DNA of 64,000 nucleotides from Syntrophomonadaceae bacterium. GTDB lineage: Bacteria; Bacillota; Dethiobacteria; DTU022. The translations under genes and the position numbers were made by a program. The stretch spans positions 21,700 through 85,699 of the forward strand of contig SKMK01000034.1 in assembly GCA_007121075.1 (NCBI GenBank). The letters are read 5' to 3'. Numbering within the stretch: the first letter of the stretch is position 1; the number at the start of each line of letters is the position of its first letter. Positions 63,828 to 64,000 of the stretch are shown here, piece by piece. The notes under the pieces were generated by a model, which saw only the letters and a list, made by a program, of their open reading frames with translations, was not told the DNA's origin and did no database searches.

Positions 63828-64000
63828 TTATAACGGACCTTGGACCCAGTTGACCCAGGCCAGAAGAACTAATCCCAACAGAACCAGGATCAGGCCGCTG
63901 ATGTAGGTCAGGTAGCGGGTATACTGGTTTATCTTCGGCAAGCTGCGAGCCAGACCGGTAAAAGTGCCGGCGGCCAGCAAGGGGATCCCATGGCCCAGGC
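63828..64000 (-). CDS. CcdA/DsbD-family cytochrome c biogenesis-type thiol-disulfide transporter, C-terminal fragment (5' part beyond the window)
   Basis: The minus-strand frame reads ...LGHGIPLLAAGTFTGLARSLPKINQYTRYLTYISGLILVLLGLVLLAWVNWVQGPL, then a TAA stop (63828-63830). Confidence 0.55.
   Translation of the reverse strand, partial: LGHGIPLLAAGTFTGLARSLPKINQYTRYLTYISGLILVLLGLVLLAWVNWVQGPL

Overview
This 64 kb window looks like ordinary chromosome from a Gram-positive anaerobe, probably a Clostridia-type Firmicute. That placement is an inference from gene content: a PyrR-attenuated pyr operon, a LiaFSR-like module, a SigD-type flagellin promoter, 2-oxoacid:ferredoxin oxidoreductase, a flavodiiron protein and a selenocysteine formate dehydrogenase. 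I support about 60 protein-coding genes, tightly packed and mostly on the minus strand after 17 kb. I saw no rRNA, tRNA, CRISPR array, transposase, integrase or phage genes.

Main blocks:
- a giant flagellin, truncated at the window start, with its promoter and leader
- a GNAT-nitrilase fusion and two membrane proteases
- a nuoE-like / nuoF(hydB)-like / fdhA operon, in which an in-frame UGA (selenocysteine) makes the ORF track split fdhA into two ORFs
- ferritin, a DUF2284 protein and an orphan RnfD-like gene
- a GGDEF cyclase, a trypsin-like protease, a Yip1-like protein and SppA
- a cupin plus flavodiiron protein
- an oversized RND pump plus a TetR regulator
- a four-gene operon: NOX-like ferric reductase, amidohydrolase, membrane protein, PLP-decarboxylase
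- tex
- pyrR-pyrB-pyrC-pyrK-pyrD-pyrF-pyrE
- a cell-envelope block: liaF/S/R-like genes, signal peptidase I and an LCP protein
- ADP-forming acyl-CoA synthetase, NIF3, and a class-V aminotransferase plus MBL pair
- a GGDEF remnant, a SagB-type dehydrogenase and YjbQ
- an AT-rich stretch of small membrane or secreted proteins of unknown function
- PBP1A, crotonase, small zinc-ribbon and HTH genes, korAB, and a partial ccdA-like gene

The strongest finding is the Sec-recoded FDH. I did not find a clear-cut novel multi-gene system. The best leads are the NOX-like operon, the RND pump with a roughly 260 aa insertion and an extra C-terminal helix, the modular giant flagellin, and similar highly acidic PE/PD-rich tails on two wall-synthesis enzymes.

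All family calls come from motif recognition by eye. No searches were run.
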